Shown in pieces: positions 1 to 9,376 of a stretch of 64,000 nt of DNA. Position 1 is the first letter of the stretch. Each line of letters starts with the position of its first letter. Under the pieces are notes generated by a model. It was not told the origin of the DNA. It saw only the letters and a program-made list of their open reading frames with translations, and searched no databases. A program made the translations under genes and the position numbers. Location of the stretch: NCBI GenBank assembly GCA_965250285.1, contig OZ252299.1, positions 5,728,001 through 5,792,000 of the forward strand, read 5' to 3'. This stretch comes from Myxococcota bacterium (GTDB lineage Bacteria > Myxococcota_A > UBA9160 > UBA4427).

Positions 1-136
1 TCCGTCGCCCGCGACCGATGCATGCAATGGGTAGCAGACAACGGCGCGCGCTCAGAGTGTCGGCGCTCGGTTCGCGCGTTTCTATGTGTTCGCGCGTTCG
101 CCGCGGACGCTTCTCGCGCCGGTTTCTCTCGCGGGC

Positions 137-2155
137 TCAGGGGCGCAGGTCGCTGGGATCGCCGATGTCCGGATCCGCCGACTCGGCGAGCGCCCGCTCG
201 AGCTGCGCGAGACCCGGCGCGTCGCCGATCACGAGCAGGCGATCGCCCCCGTGCAGCGGATGATCGGCGTCGGGGTTGCGAAAGCTCTGACCGTGGTGCT
301 CGACGATCAGCACGCTGCAGCCCGTTCGGGCACGCAGGTCGAGCGAGCGCAGGCTCGCACCGTCGGGGAACCCGTACGGCACCTCGACCCACTCGGGGCT
401 GGCCTCTTCGAGCACCTCCATCACCCATGGATCGATCGGCATCATCGCGGCCGCGCGCATGGCCTCGTAGCCCTCGTCGCGCAGCGCCTCGGTGAAGCGC
501 TGGATCGCGCCGGTCGGCGAGCCCAGGTGGGCCAGGGTGCGCGCGACGACCTCGATCCCGCCCTCGAACTCTTCGGCAACGATCTCGGTGGCGCCGGCCT
601 CCGAGAGCTTGTCGACGTCGGCGACATAGCGTGTGCGCGAGAGGATGCGCGCCCGGTCGGTCATGACGCGCAGTCGGGAGACGACCCGCCGCGTGGCGAG
701 CGGATCGCTGATCGCGACCACGATGAGTCGGGCGTCGCGTACACCCATGTGCTCGAGCACGGCCGGACGCGTGGCGTCGCCGAAGTGGATGTCCTCGCCC
801 CGCGCCTTCGCCGCCTCGACCCCCTTCGCGTTGCCGTCGAGCACCGTGTACGAGACGCCCATCGAGCGCAGCACCCGCGCGAGCGTCTGGCCGGTGGGCC
901 CGTAGCCGATCAGCACGACCGGTCCATCGGGCAGAGGCGCTTCAGCGTCGCCGGCCTGATCGTCGCCCGGCTGTTCGCCGCGTTCGATCCACGCGAAGAC
1001 TCGTTCGGTAATGCGGGGTGCGGCGCGCAGGATGAACGGGCTGGCGATCAGCGACAGGATCGAGCCCGCGAGGATCACCTGGTGCAGGCCCGCGTCGAGC
1101 AGCCCGGCTCGGCGCGCCGCCTCGGCCAGCACGAACGAGAACTCGCCGGTCTGCGCGAGTGCGAGCCCGGCCATCAACCCGGCGCGCCGGCTGCGACCGA
1201 GGAACCACCAGTTGGCCGCGGTCACGAGCCCGACTTTCAGCACCACCGTGGCGACCAGATAGAGGAGAACCGCGAGCTCGTTGCCCGCCAGCGCCGACGG
1301 ATCGAAGAACATGCCGACGGCGGTGAAGAAGAGCCCGAGCAGCACGCCGCGCAGCGGCACCACTTCGCTGAAGAGCTGGCTCGCGAACGGCGAGCGGGCC
1401 GCGGCCATGCCGGCGAGGAACGCGCCGACGGCGAGCGTCAGGCCCAGCTCCTCGGCGACGAACGCGGAGCCGAGGACGAGCAGGATCGCGAGCAGGCTGA
1501 AGAGGTCGGCCGAGCCCTCGCGGGCCACGCGCGTGAGCACCCGCGGCACGACGAAGCGCACGACGAAGAGCAAGAACGCGAGGGCGGCGGCCATTCGCGC
1601 GATCGCCAGCAAGAGCGCTTCGCCATCGGCGCCGCTGCCCGCTGCGAGCAGCGGCACCGCGAGGAGCACCGGCACGACCGCGAGATCCTGGAAGAGCAGC
1701 ACCGAGAGCGCGAGCTGGCCATGGGGCGCGTCGACCTGGCCCTCGTCGGTCAGCAGCTTCATCACGAGCGCGGTGCTCGACATCGCGACCGCGGCACCGA
1801 GAATCACCGCAGCCGGCCACGCGAGTCCGAACCACGTGCCGGCGAGGGCGGTGACGGCCGCGGTGCCGACGACCTGCGGCCCGCCGACGCGGAGCGCCTC
1901 GCGACCGAGATCGCGCAGGCGCTCCATGGGCAGCTCGAGGCCGATCTCGAAGAGAAGAAAGACGACGCCGAGCTCGGCGAGCACGCGCACGCGCTCGGGA
2001 TCATCGATCAAGCCGAGCGCGCCGGGCCCCGCCAGCGCACCGACCACGAGGAACCCGACAACGGCCGGCAGCTTGAAGCGCTCGAAGACCGCGAGTCCGC
2101 CGGCCGCGAGACCGAGCAGCAGGACGAGCTCGAAGAGATGGAACGACTCGTTCAA
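137..2155 (-). CDS. CPA2-family cation:proton antiporter (KefC-like) with TrkA-N and TrkA-C domains
   Basis: Many TM helices, 'LLFEIGLE', 'LLFQDL', 'LAQTGEFSFVL'; then RCK-N 'LIGYGPTG...FGDAT' and C-terminal RCK-C 'SLRSLDLRARTGCSVL...GDRLLVIG'. Confidence 0.93.
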   Translation of the reverse strand: MNESFHLFELVLLLGLAAGGLAVFERFKLPAVVGFLVVGALAGPGALGLIDDPERVRVLAELGVVFLLFEIGLELPMERLRDLGREALRVGGPQVVGTAAVTALAGTWFGLAWPAAVILGAAVAMSSTALVMKLLTDEGQVDAPHGQLALSVLLFQDLAVVPVLLAVPLLAAGSGADGEALLLAIARMAAALAFLLFVVRFVVPRVLTRVAREGSADLFSLLAILLVLGSAFVAEELGLTLAVGAFLAGMAAARSPFASQLFSEVVPLRGVLLGLFFTAVGMFFDPSALAGNELAVLLYLVATVVLKVGLVTAANWWFLGRSRRAGLMAGLALAQTGEFSFVLAEAARRAGLLDAGLHQVILAGSILSLIASPFILRAAPRITERVFAWIERGEQPGDDQAGDAEAPLPDGPVVLIGYGPTGQTLARVLRSMGVSYTVLDGNAKGVEAAKARGEDIHFGDATRPAVLEHMGVRDARLIVVAISDPLATRRVVSRLRVMTDRARILSRTRYVADVDKLSEAGATEIVAEEFEGGIEVVARTLAHLGSPTGAIQRFTEALRDEGYEAMRAAAMMPIDPWVMEVLEEASPEWVEVPYGFPDGASLRSLDLRARTGCSVLIVEHHGQSFRNPDADHPLHGGDRLLVIGDAPGLAQLERALAESADPDIGDPSDLRP

Positions 2156-2353
2156 TGCGCGCTCCGCCCGTCGACGTCGATCGGGCTACGACGATTCTCA
2201 CGCCGACGCCCGTCCGACCGGGCCCGGGCTTTCGGTGGGCCTGCCCAGGTTACCCCTCGACTTCGACACTGCGCGGGGTGTGCATGCGCAGATTAACCTC
2301 AAGGTGCCCGTCGTGACTCGCGATACGAAGGGTCGGAGATCGCGGCGGCCCGG

Positions 2354-2602
2354 GTGGAGGACACTCCGGGCCGACCCGAAGCAGCGCCAGGTTCAACATT
2401 GCCGCCCAGCCATCGCACGCGCCCCGGTTTCGACCCGACTCAATCCGACGTTCGCACGGTCGCCTTCGACCACGGTCTCGTGACCGAAGAGGCGAGCTTT
2501 CTCGAGCATCGCGCGGCGCTCGATGCGACCGTGCTCGCACCCACCTCGGGTGAAGAGGTCGTGCTCGAGCTGCGTGCCGGCGTGCTCCGTCGCTCCGTCT
2601 GA
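2354..2602 (+). CDS. possible small hypothetical protein or gene remnant (82 aa)
   Basis: GTG-start ORF; 3' half has genome-like GC3 codon usage (DVRTVAFDHGLVTEEASFLEHRAALD); no recognisable motif or clear RBS. Confidence 0.25.
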   Translation: MEDTPGRPEAAPGSTLPPSHRTRPGFDPTQSDVRTVAFDHGLVTEEASFLEHRAALDATVLAPTSGEEVVLELRAGVLRRSV

Positions 2603-3063
2603 CTCGGTCTTCCGGGTTTCGACCGCAGCCCGAGCCCCCGCACGCACCCGCGATCCGTCACGCGTCCCATTCGACGATCCCGCACCACCAGCATCCCCAG
2701 AGGGCCTGTGCTTCCGGCGATCTTCGGGTGATCGACCCCGATTGACGGCCTTGGTGTGGGGTAATGGCATCGCTTGATGCGGGTCAACGGACGCGCGCGG
2801 CTCCTCGATGCCGCTAAGCTGTCGCGAAGCGCCGGGCCCCCGGGTGGACTGACGATGGCCCGCCGCGCCGCACCATTCGTGACCGGAAGTGCGCGTCGCC
2901 GAACCCTCGCTGCAACATGGTGTAGGGCCATATCGGCGACCACGCACAGCCGTCGGGTCGCGACCTCGGTCGTCTTTCGGCACCGAGCGACGCACTCGAC
3001 GCGGGGCAGCCGAGAGCCGGCCGCCCGACCGATCGCGCGCATGGTCGGGTACCGGGAGAACCA

Positions 3064-4134
3064 ATGGGACTGCACCCGCTCATCGAGCTGTCGGAAGACC
3101 GCGAAGTGCGGCAGGCGAAGGGCTTTCGTGCTCGCGCCGCCGAACTGAACGGCGCGGCGCTCGAGGCCGACTACGAGGCCGAGAAGCGAAACGCGCCGAG
3201 CCGCGCGGCCGAGGGCAAGAAGTACCTCGGGCAGAAGAACGTACGGATTCCGTCCGCCCCGCAGAAGGGCAAGGACGATCGACATCTCTCGCTCGCGACC
3301 TCCGCATTCATTGCCGCGGGCGGGGCGTCACCCGAGCTGCCGAACGGCGACGAGCTGACGGTGCTCGACGCGATGGTGCCGCTGCGCACCGCCGCGCCTG
3401 ACAAGGCCAAGGGTGACTCGGATCCGAACAAGGGTGTCGATGACATCGATCTGCTGGGCCTGCTGCCCGACGGCCGACCGGCGGTGGTGTGCGTGCGCTA
3501 TTTGGCGCCCGATGCGACGCGCGGTGGCGCCGGTGACACACCCCTGCGTGCGTTGCTGCGCGGCCTCGCGCTCGTCGCGATGGTCGACGGCAACAAGGAA
3601 GAGCTCGGCGCCGAGATCGAGGAGAAGGCGGGTCGCCCGACCGACAAGGAGCAGGCACCGGCGCTCATCATCGCGGGCGCGCCCCGCTACTGGGAGCTGT
3701 GCCGCAAGCGAGAGGCGCAGAAGGGCGCGGCGTGGATTCGCGAGATGGAGCGCCTCGGGCGCGAGATCTCGGAGCAGATCGGCGTCGAGGTGCTCTTCGT
3801 GTCGTGGGATCTCGATGGCAATCCGCCCTGGAGCTACGGCGAAGGCGGTCCGGTTCTGAACGAACCCTTCGGCTTCAAGGCCGCGTGGGAATCGGGAGCC
3901 GGCAAGCTCAAGCCGAAGCCCAAGGCGAAGAAGTCCGCGCCCACGGTCGAGATCATCGAAGCCGATCCGTCGAAGCCGGTGCGTTCGTACAACATGCGCG
4001 AGTCGTATGAGCCGGGCGATGCCATCGATCACCCGACGCTCGGTCAGGGCGTCGTCCAGGCCGTGACCGGCCGCGGCAAGATCGCCGTCCGCTTCGGCGA
4101 AGAGACCAAGCCGCTCATTCACGAGCGCGCCTGA
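3064..4134 (+). CDS. hypothetical protein: degenerate PD-(D/E)XK-like segment plus C-terminal Tudor/SH3-like domain
   Basis: RBS GGGAG before ATG, strong codon bias; 'DIDLLGLLPDGRPAVVCVRY'; C-terminus 'YEPGDAIDHPTLGQGVV...IAVRF' resembles the UvrD/PcrA C-terminal domain. Confidence 0.75.
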   Translation: MGLHPLIELSEDREVRQAKGFRARAAELNGAALEADYEAEKRNAPSRAAEGKKYLGQKNVRIPSAPQKGKDDRHLSLATSAFIAAGGASPELPNGDELTVLDAMVPLRTAAPDKAKGDSDPNKGVDDIDLLGLLPDGRPAVVCVRYLAPDATRGGAGDTPLRALLRGLALVAMVDGNKEELGAEIEEKAGRPTDKEQAPALIIAGAPRYWELCRKREAQKGAAWIREMERLGREISEQIGVEVLFVSWDLDGNPPWSYGEGGPVLNEPFGFKAAWESGAGKLKPKPKAKKSAPTVEIIEADPSKPVRSYNMRESYEPGDAIDHPTLGQGVVQAVTGRGKIAVRFGEETKPLIHERA

Positions 4135-4190
4135 AGCGCCGAGGCGAGCCAGGCAGCAGCACGCGGGCGAGGCCCGCACAGAGGAAGAGC

Positions 4191-5078
4191 ATGTCCGAAG
4201 GAAGCAACCCCGACTTTTACAAGTTCACCGGCACCGACGGCTACATCGTCTCGCGGTCGCTGGTCGAGGCGGTGAACTGCGCGATCGCCCTCGAGCGCCC
4301 GCTGCTCATCAAGGGCGAACCGGGCACGGGCAAGACCCTGCTCGCGCGCCACGTGGCCGAGGGGCTCGGCATGCCGATGGAGCAGTGGCACATCAAGTCG
4401 ACGTCGAAGGCGAACGAGGGCCTCTACGTCTACGACACGCTGCAGCGCCTGAACGACGCGCGTTTCGGCGACGGCGATGTGAGCGACATTCGTCACTACA
4501 TCAAGTACGGCCCGCTCGGGCGCGTGTTCGCGGCGAAGGATCGGCACGTGCTGCTGATCGACGAGATCGACAAGGCCGATCTCGAGTTTCCGAACGACAT
4601 CCTGCGCGAGATCGACGAGATGCGCTTCACGGTGATGGAGACCGGCGACGAAGTCGTCGCGAAGGAGCGACCCGTCGTCATCATCACGTCGAACAACGAG
4701 AAAGAGCTGCCGGACGCGTTTCTGCGCCGCTGCGTCTTTCACTTCATCGAGTTCCCCGAGCCGCCGCTCATGAAGCAGATCGTCGACGTGCACCACCCGA
4801 ACATCGACACGACGCTGCTCGACCAGGTGCTGATCAAGTTCTACTGGCTTCGCGGTCAGAACGAGCTGCGCAAGAAGCCGTCGACGAGTGAGCTCATCGA
4901 CTGGATCTCGGCGCTGCTGCGGTCCGGCGTCAGCCAGGAGCAGCTCGAGCAGCACATCCCGTTCCTGGGCTCGCTGCTGAAGAACGAGCAGGATTCGGTG
5001 GCCGTCGCGAACTACGAAGAGCAGGGCGGCACCATGCCCACCGAATGGTCGGAGCTCGGCCCCAAGTACAATCAGTAG
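4191..5078 (+). CDS. MoxR-family AAA+ ATPase
   Basis: Walker A GEPGTGKT, Walker B LLIDEIDKAD, 'TSNNEKELPDAFLRRC'. Confidence 0.95.
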   Translation: MSEGSNPDFYKFTGTDGYIVSRSLVEAVNCAIALERPLLIKGEPGTGKTLLARHVAEGLGMPMEQWHIKSTSKANEGLYVYDTLQRLNDARFGDGDVSDIRHYIKYGPLGRVFAAKDRHVLLIDEIDKADLEFPNDILREIDEMRFTVMETGDEVVAKERPVVIITSNNEKELPDAFLRRCVFHFIEFPEPPLMKQIVDVHHPNIDTTLLDQVLIKFYWLRGQNELRKKPSTSELIDWISALLRSGVSQEQLEQHIPFLGSLLKNEQDSVAVANYEEQGGTMPTEWSELGPKYNQ

Positions 5079-5098
5079 CCACGCATCGAGGTACGAAG

Positions 5099-6310
5099 GT
5101 GTTCCTGGATCTGTTCTACGGTCTGAAAGAAGAAGGCGTGCCGGTCTCCATCCAGGAGTGGCAGATGCTGATGACCGCGCTCGAGCAGAACCTGCACAAG
5201 AGCGATCTGCTCACCTTCTACAACCTCTCGAAGTCGATCCTCGTCAAGAGTGAGACCTACTACGACGCCTTCGACCGCGTCTTCGCGAAGATCTTTCACG
5301 GCGTCGAGGGCGAGTTCGAGGCGAGCGACGAGCTGTGGGACTGGCTCGCCGAAGCGAAGGAGTTCGAAGAGCTCACCGAGGAGCAGCGCAAGGCCCTCGA
5401 AGAGCTCGACGCCGACGAGCTCATGCGCAAGTACCTCGAGACGCTCGAGGAGCAGGACGAGCAGCACGATGGCGGCGGCAAGTGGATCGGCACGGGGGGG
5501 CGCTCGCCCTTCGGGCACGGCGGCGAGCATCCGACCGGGATCCGAGTCGGCGGGAAGTCGCGCAACCGCTCGGCCATGAAGGTCGCCGAGGATCGTCGAT
5601 TCCAGGACTACCGCACCGACATGAACCTCGACCTGCGCAACACGAAGCTCGCGCTCAAGCGACTGCGTCACCTGACGCGCACGGGGCCTCAGGACGAGCT
5701 CGATATCGACGCGACCGTCGACACCACGTGCAAGAACGCGGGCGAGATCGAGCTCGAGTACACGGCCCCGCGCCGCAACAACGTACGTCTCGCGCTGTTC
5801 ATGGACGTCGGTGGCACGATGGATCCGTACTACGAGCCGGTCAGCCGGCTGCTGACGGCACTGCACGAAGAACGCGGTTTGCGCGACTTCAAGGCCTACT
5901 ACTTCCACAACTGCATCTACGAGCGCGTCGGCACGACCGCCGACATGTACGTGAAGGACGCGCTCCCGACCGGGCAGATCCTGCGCACCCTCGACGAGCG
6001 CTGGAAGGTGCTCATCATCGGCGATGCGGCCATGCACCCCGCCGAGCTGCTGAGCGAGCGGGGCAACATCAACCCGCGCTATCAGGCCGATACACGCGGG
6101 ATCGACTGGCTGCAGCGTATCCGGGAGCACTTCGAACGCGTCGTCTGGCTGAATCCCGATCCCCAGGCCGACTGGGAGTACACGCGGACGACGCGCATCA
6201 TCGGAGAGCTCTTCCCGATGCTGCCGCTCTCGCTCGATGGCATTCAAGATGCGGTGACGATGCTCGTGGGCGGACGCCCCTCTGCACCCGAAGGACACAT
6301 GCGCCACTGA
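5099..6310 (+). CDS. vWA-domain protein (CoxE-like MoxR partner)
   Basis: GTG at 5099 after GAGG; 'KWIGTGGRSPFGHGG', MIDAS-like 'MDVGGTM', 'YYFHNC', 'IIGDAAM', 'VWLNP'; follows MoxR. Confidence 0.9.
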   Translation: MFLDLFYGLKEEGVPVSIQEWQMLMTALEQNLHKSDLLTFYNLSKSILVKSETYYDAFDRVFAKIFHGVEGEFEASDELWDWLAEAKEFEELTEEQRKALEELDADELMRKYLETLEEQDEQHDGGGKWIGTGGRSPFGHGGEHPTGIRVGGKSRNRSAMKVAEDRRFQDYRTDMNLDLRNTKLALKRLRHLTRTGPQDELDIDATVDTTCKNAGEIELEYTAPRRNNVRLALFMDVGGTMDPYYEPVSRLLTALHEERGLRDFKAYYFHNCIYERVGTTADMYVKDALPTGQILRTLDERWKVLIIGDAAMHPAELLSERGNINPRYQADTRGIDWLQRIREHFERVVWLNPDPQADWEYTRTTRIIGELFPMLPLSLDGIQDAVTMLVGGRPSAPEGHMRH

Positions 6311-6334
6311 GGCTGGGCCCCGCTTCGGCTTCGT

Positions 6335-6402
6335 TCAGTTGTGGCTCAGGTCAGGCCGGCCCGCGCGGTCAGTTGTGGCTCAGGTAGGGCCGGCCCGCTC
6401 GG
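6335..6402. repeat. 2 x 34 bp tandem duplication of the 3' end of the downstream minus-strand gene
   Basis: tcagttgtggctcaggtCAggccggcccgcGcgg (6335-6368) versus tcagttgtggctcaggtAGggccggcccgcTcgg (6369-6402); 31/34 identical. Confidence 0.9.
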
Positions 6403-8030
6403 TAGAGCGCGAGCCGCTGCTCGAGGCCAGGCACGCCAGGAAGATTCGTCGCGCGGATCGTCGCGAGCGCGGCATCGCAGGTCGCGACCGCGTCCCTGAA
6501 GCGACCGACCCGCGCATAGGCCGCGGCGAGCGTGTCGAGGGAGTCGGGCTGCCTTCGTCCTTCGCGATCGACGGCCTCTTCGGCGTAGGCCACCGCCTCG
6601 AGATGCTCTTCACGATTCGACTTCGGATCCGTCGCGAGCTTCCAGGCGATGTTGTTCAGCAGGGTCGGGCTGCGCTCGATCTCGAGCGCGCCCCGCATGA
6701 CGTCGAGGCCGGCGTCGCGCTGACCGGCGTCGATGTAGGCGCGGCCGAGCTTCTCGACCATGTCGACGCGATCGCGTCCGATCAGCTCGAGGCGCCACAC
6801 CGCCGACTTGAGGCGAGCGAGATCGCCGCTCTCGTCGGCGCGCAGGTCCCAGATCTCGACGACGAGCGCCAGCGTGCAGAGCACCGCGGCGGCCCAGAGC
6901 CCGCGCGCACTCCAGCGCAGGGCGCGCGATGGCTCGGCGTCGACGTCGGCCGAGGTGTCGTTGCCGAGCAGGATCTTGGCCACCTGGCCATCGCGCAGCT
7001 TCCAGATCGCGCCGTCGATCACGAAGTGATGCAGGTTCACGACTGAAGCGCCGAGCACCCCGAGGCCGCCGATCCACGAAGGCGCGCCCGACAGCAGATG
7101 CGCTGCGGCGAGGCCCGGTAGTACGACGGCGAAGGAGCCTGCGAGCAGCACGCGCAGCGTCCACGCCCCCCAGCCGAAGCCCGCCTCTTCGCGCCGGGTG
7201 TAGTACGACGTGACCCAGAGGTACTGCGCCGAATGCGCCACCGATGCCCAGAAGGCGGTGAAAGCGAGTGAGGTGAGCGGATAGCCGGTGGCCAGGCCGA
7301 TGGCCGGCACGACGAACCAGCACGCCTGGCACGCGACGAGCGACGCGACGGCGAAGAGGCCCGAGCGCGGAGCGCCGGCCGAGCCGAGGCGCACGATCGA
7401 AACGAGCGTCAGTACGACGTACGCCACCGATAGCGCGAGCACGATCGGGATCGTCCAGGTGGCGGGGAGCCCTGCCCGCAGCGCGCCCAGGCCGGCCGAT
7501 GTGGCCGTGATGTCGGCGGCGAAGGTCGACGACTGCCCCTCGGTCTGGAACACGGCCAGGGCGACACCGAACGAGAGCCAGAACGCGACGTAGAGCATGC
7601 GGCGAGTCGTTGCGTCGACCGCTACGCCCTGGCGTCGCATGAAGGTGAGGGCGAGGCCGTAGTTCTGCCCGGCGAAGTGCCAGGGGCTCCAGAGCAGGTA
7701 AGCCGTGATGATGGCGGATCCGACCAAGGGGAGCTGGGTGCCAGCCACGAAGAGCAGGGCGAGCACGGCGGTCGTCCAGCGCATGATCGCGCCGTAGCGG
7801 GCGCGTGCCCGGGGCGTACCGAGCACGCGAATCAGCGTGGCGCCGTAGTGCGGGGTATTGAAGAGCAGGCTCAGGACGAGCACGGTCTCGGGCGCCCAGG
7901 CCTGCAGACCGTCGCGCGCGGCGTAGGCGAGCAGCGGCACCGTGATCAGATAGCCGGCCCCGGCCCCCACCAGCAGATCGACGGTGCGACCGTGGAGCCA
8001 GGCGTCGCCTTGATTCGCTGTTCGCGCCAT
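6369..8030 (-). CDS. polytopic His-motif membrane protein with C-terminal TPR domain
   Basis: Start at MARTANQ (8030); TM helices with HYGAT, PWHFAGQNYG, HSAQYLW, NLHHFVIDGAIW; TPR 'LLNNIAWKLAT...LDTLAAAYARVGRF'. Confidence 0.85.
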   Translation of the reverse strand: MARTANQGDAWLHGRTVDLLVGAGAGYLITVPLLAYAARDGLQAWAPETVLVLSLLFNTPHYGATLIRVLGTPRARARYGAIMRWTTAVLALLFVAGTQLPLVGSAIITAYLLWSPWHFAGQNYGLALTFMRRQGVAVDATTRRMLYVAFWLSFGVALAVFQTEGQSSTFAADITATSAGLGALRAGLPATWTIPIVLALSVAYVVLTLVSIVRLGSAGAPRSGLFAVASLVACQACWFVVPAIGLATGYPLTSLAFTAFWASVAHSAQYLWVTSYYTRREEAGFGWGAWTLRVLLAGSFAVVLPGLAAAHLLSGAPSWIGGLGVLGASVVNLHHFVIDGAIWKLRDGQVAKILLGNDTSADVDAEPSRALRWSARGLWAAAVLCTLALVVEIWDLRADESGDLARLKSAVWRLELIGRDRVDMVEKLGRAYIDAGQRDAGLDVMRGALEIERSPTLLNNIAWKLATDPKSNREEHLEAVAYAEEAVDREGRRQPDSLDTLAAAYARVGRFRDAVATCDAALATIRATNLPGVPGLEQRLALYRAGRPYLSHN

Positions 8031-8316
8031 CGGGGGAGGATATGGCGAGACGGCCTCGCCGGTGCAGAGAAATCGGCATCGACGCGCGGCCGGATCCGCT
8101 TTTTCGCTGCATGCTTCCTCGGGGGCAAGGCGTTGCTCCCGGTGGCCTCGGCAGCTCGAACGCGATCGTCGGCTGCGCTTCGGTACGCTCGGTCGGGGCG
8201 CACGACGAGCGCGTGGGTCGCGAGCGAGATCGACTGCGCTGCACATGCGTTGCGCATCGAGGCGACGCGCGAGTGAAGGCCCGCGTGCACGCACGACAGA
8301 GAGAGGAGCCCGCATC

Positions 8317-9330
8317 ATGTGGATCGCGCTGCTCGTCGCGGCCGGATTGGTCGGCGCCTTCCTGTACGAGAAGTCGAAGCGCAAGACCCACCCCGTTGAG
8401 GGTGGGCTGCACCGCGAGATCACCCTACCGCACGAGGCCGAGTTCGAGCTCTACCACAACGCGCTCTCGCTCTGCTCGATGAAGGCGCGATTCTGCCTGA
8501 CCGAGCTCGGCATCGACTACGTCGGCCATCACGTACACCTGATCGAGACGGGCGCGTACGAGACGCTGAGCCGCGACTTCCTGCGCGTGAACCCGGCCGG
8601 CACGGTGCCGGTGCTGGTGCACGAAGGGCACCCGGTCTACGAGTCGCACGATCAGATCGTGTACGCGGCCGAGCATGCGCCGCCCGGTCATCCCCAGCTG
8701 ATGCCCGAGGATCCCGCTGCGCGCGCGATCGTCGAGCGTCACGTCGATGGCACGGGCATCGTGGGCGACCCGATGGCCGACCTCGGCCACGGCGTGGGCA
8801 ACGCGGTTCCGCCGCTGACGGTGCCGCTCTTCGCGGCGATGATCGACGACATCCCGACATGGAAGATTCTCGAGGGCCTGCTCTTTCACATCGATCGGCG
8901 CCGCCCCGTGGTCTTTCTCGCACTCAAGCTCTTCGGCCTACGCGGCTTCACGCGGCTCGGGCCCGCAACCAAGCTGATGGCGCGATCGCGCGTTCTGGTC
9001 GCCGGGCACCTCGATGCGCTCGAGGCCGAACTCGAGGAGCGCGGCGGGCCGTGGATCGTGGGCGATCAGTTCACGCTCGCTGACGTCGGCTGGTGCGCGA
9101 TCCTCGAACGCCTTCGGCAGGCATGCTGGATCGATCTCTATCTCGGGTCGGGCCAGCGCCCTGCGTGCGCGGCGTACTGGGAGCGCCTGCAGAAGCGCCC
9201 CTCGTACGATGTCGCGATCCTCGAGAACGGCCACCCGGCCATCGACCGGGGGATGCAGCGTCTGGCCGATGCCAAGGCTCGAGACCCGGGGTTTCGCGCG
9301 GCGCTCGAAGGCGAGGCGACTGCACTCTGA
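8317..9330 (+). CDS. glutathione S-transferase family protein with N-terminal membrane anchor
   Basis: RBS GAGGAG; 'LYHNALSLCSMKAR', 'VNPAGTVPVLVH', 'ESHDQI', 'WIVGDQFTLADV'. Confidence 0.9.
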   Translation: MWIALLVAAGLVGAFLYEKSKRKTHPVEGGLHREITLPHEAEFELYHNALSLCSMKARFCLTELGIDYVGHHVHLIETGAYETLSRDFLRVNPAGTVPVLVHEGHPVYESHDQIVYAAEHAPPGHPQLMPEDPAARAIVERHVDGTGIVGDPMADLGHGVGNAVPPLTVPLFAAMIDDIPTWKILEGLLFHIDRRRPVVFLALKLFGLRGFTRLGPATKLMARSRVLVAGHLDALEAELEERGGPWIVGDQFTLADVGWCAILERLRQACWIDLYLGSGQRPACAAYWERLQKRPSYDVAILENGHPAIDRGMQRLADAKARDPGFRAALEGEATAL

Positions 9331-9376
9331 CCGGAGTCGGGGCCCGCGCCCCGCTCCGGCTTGGTCCGCGCCCCGC

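Noticed and set aside
86..2296. Long antisense ORFs opposite real genes (also 17275-19512, 26160-28604, 38700-41891, 58301-61117 and others)
   Set aside because: Shadow ORFs caused by high GC3 codon bias; no motifs
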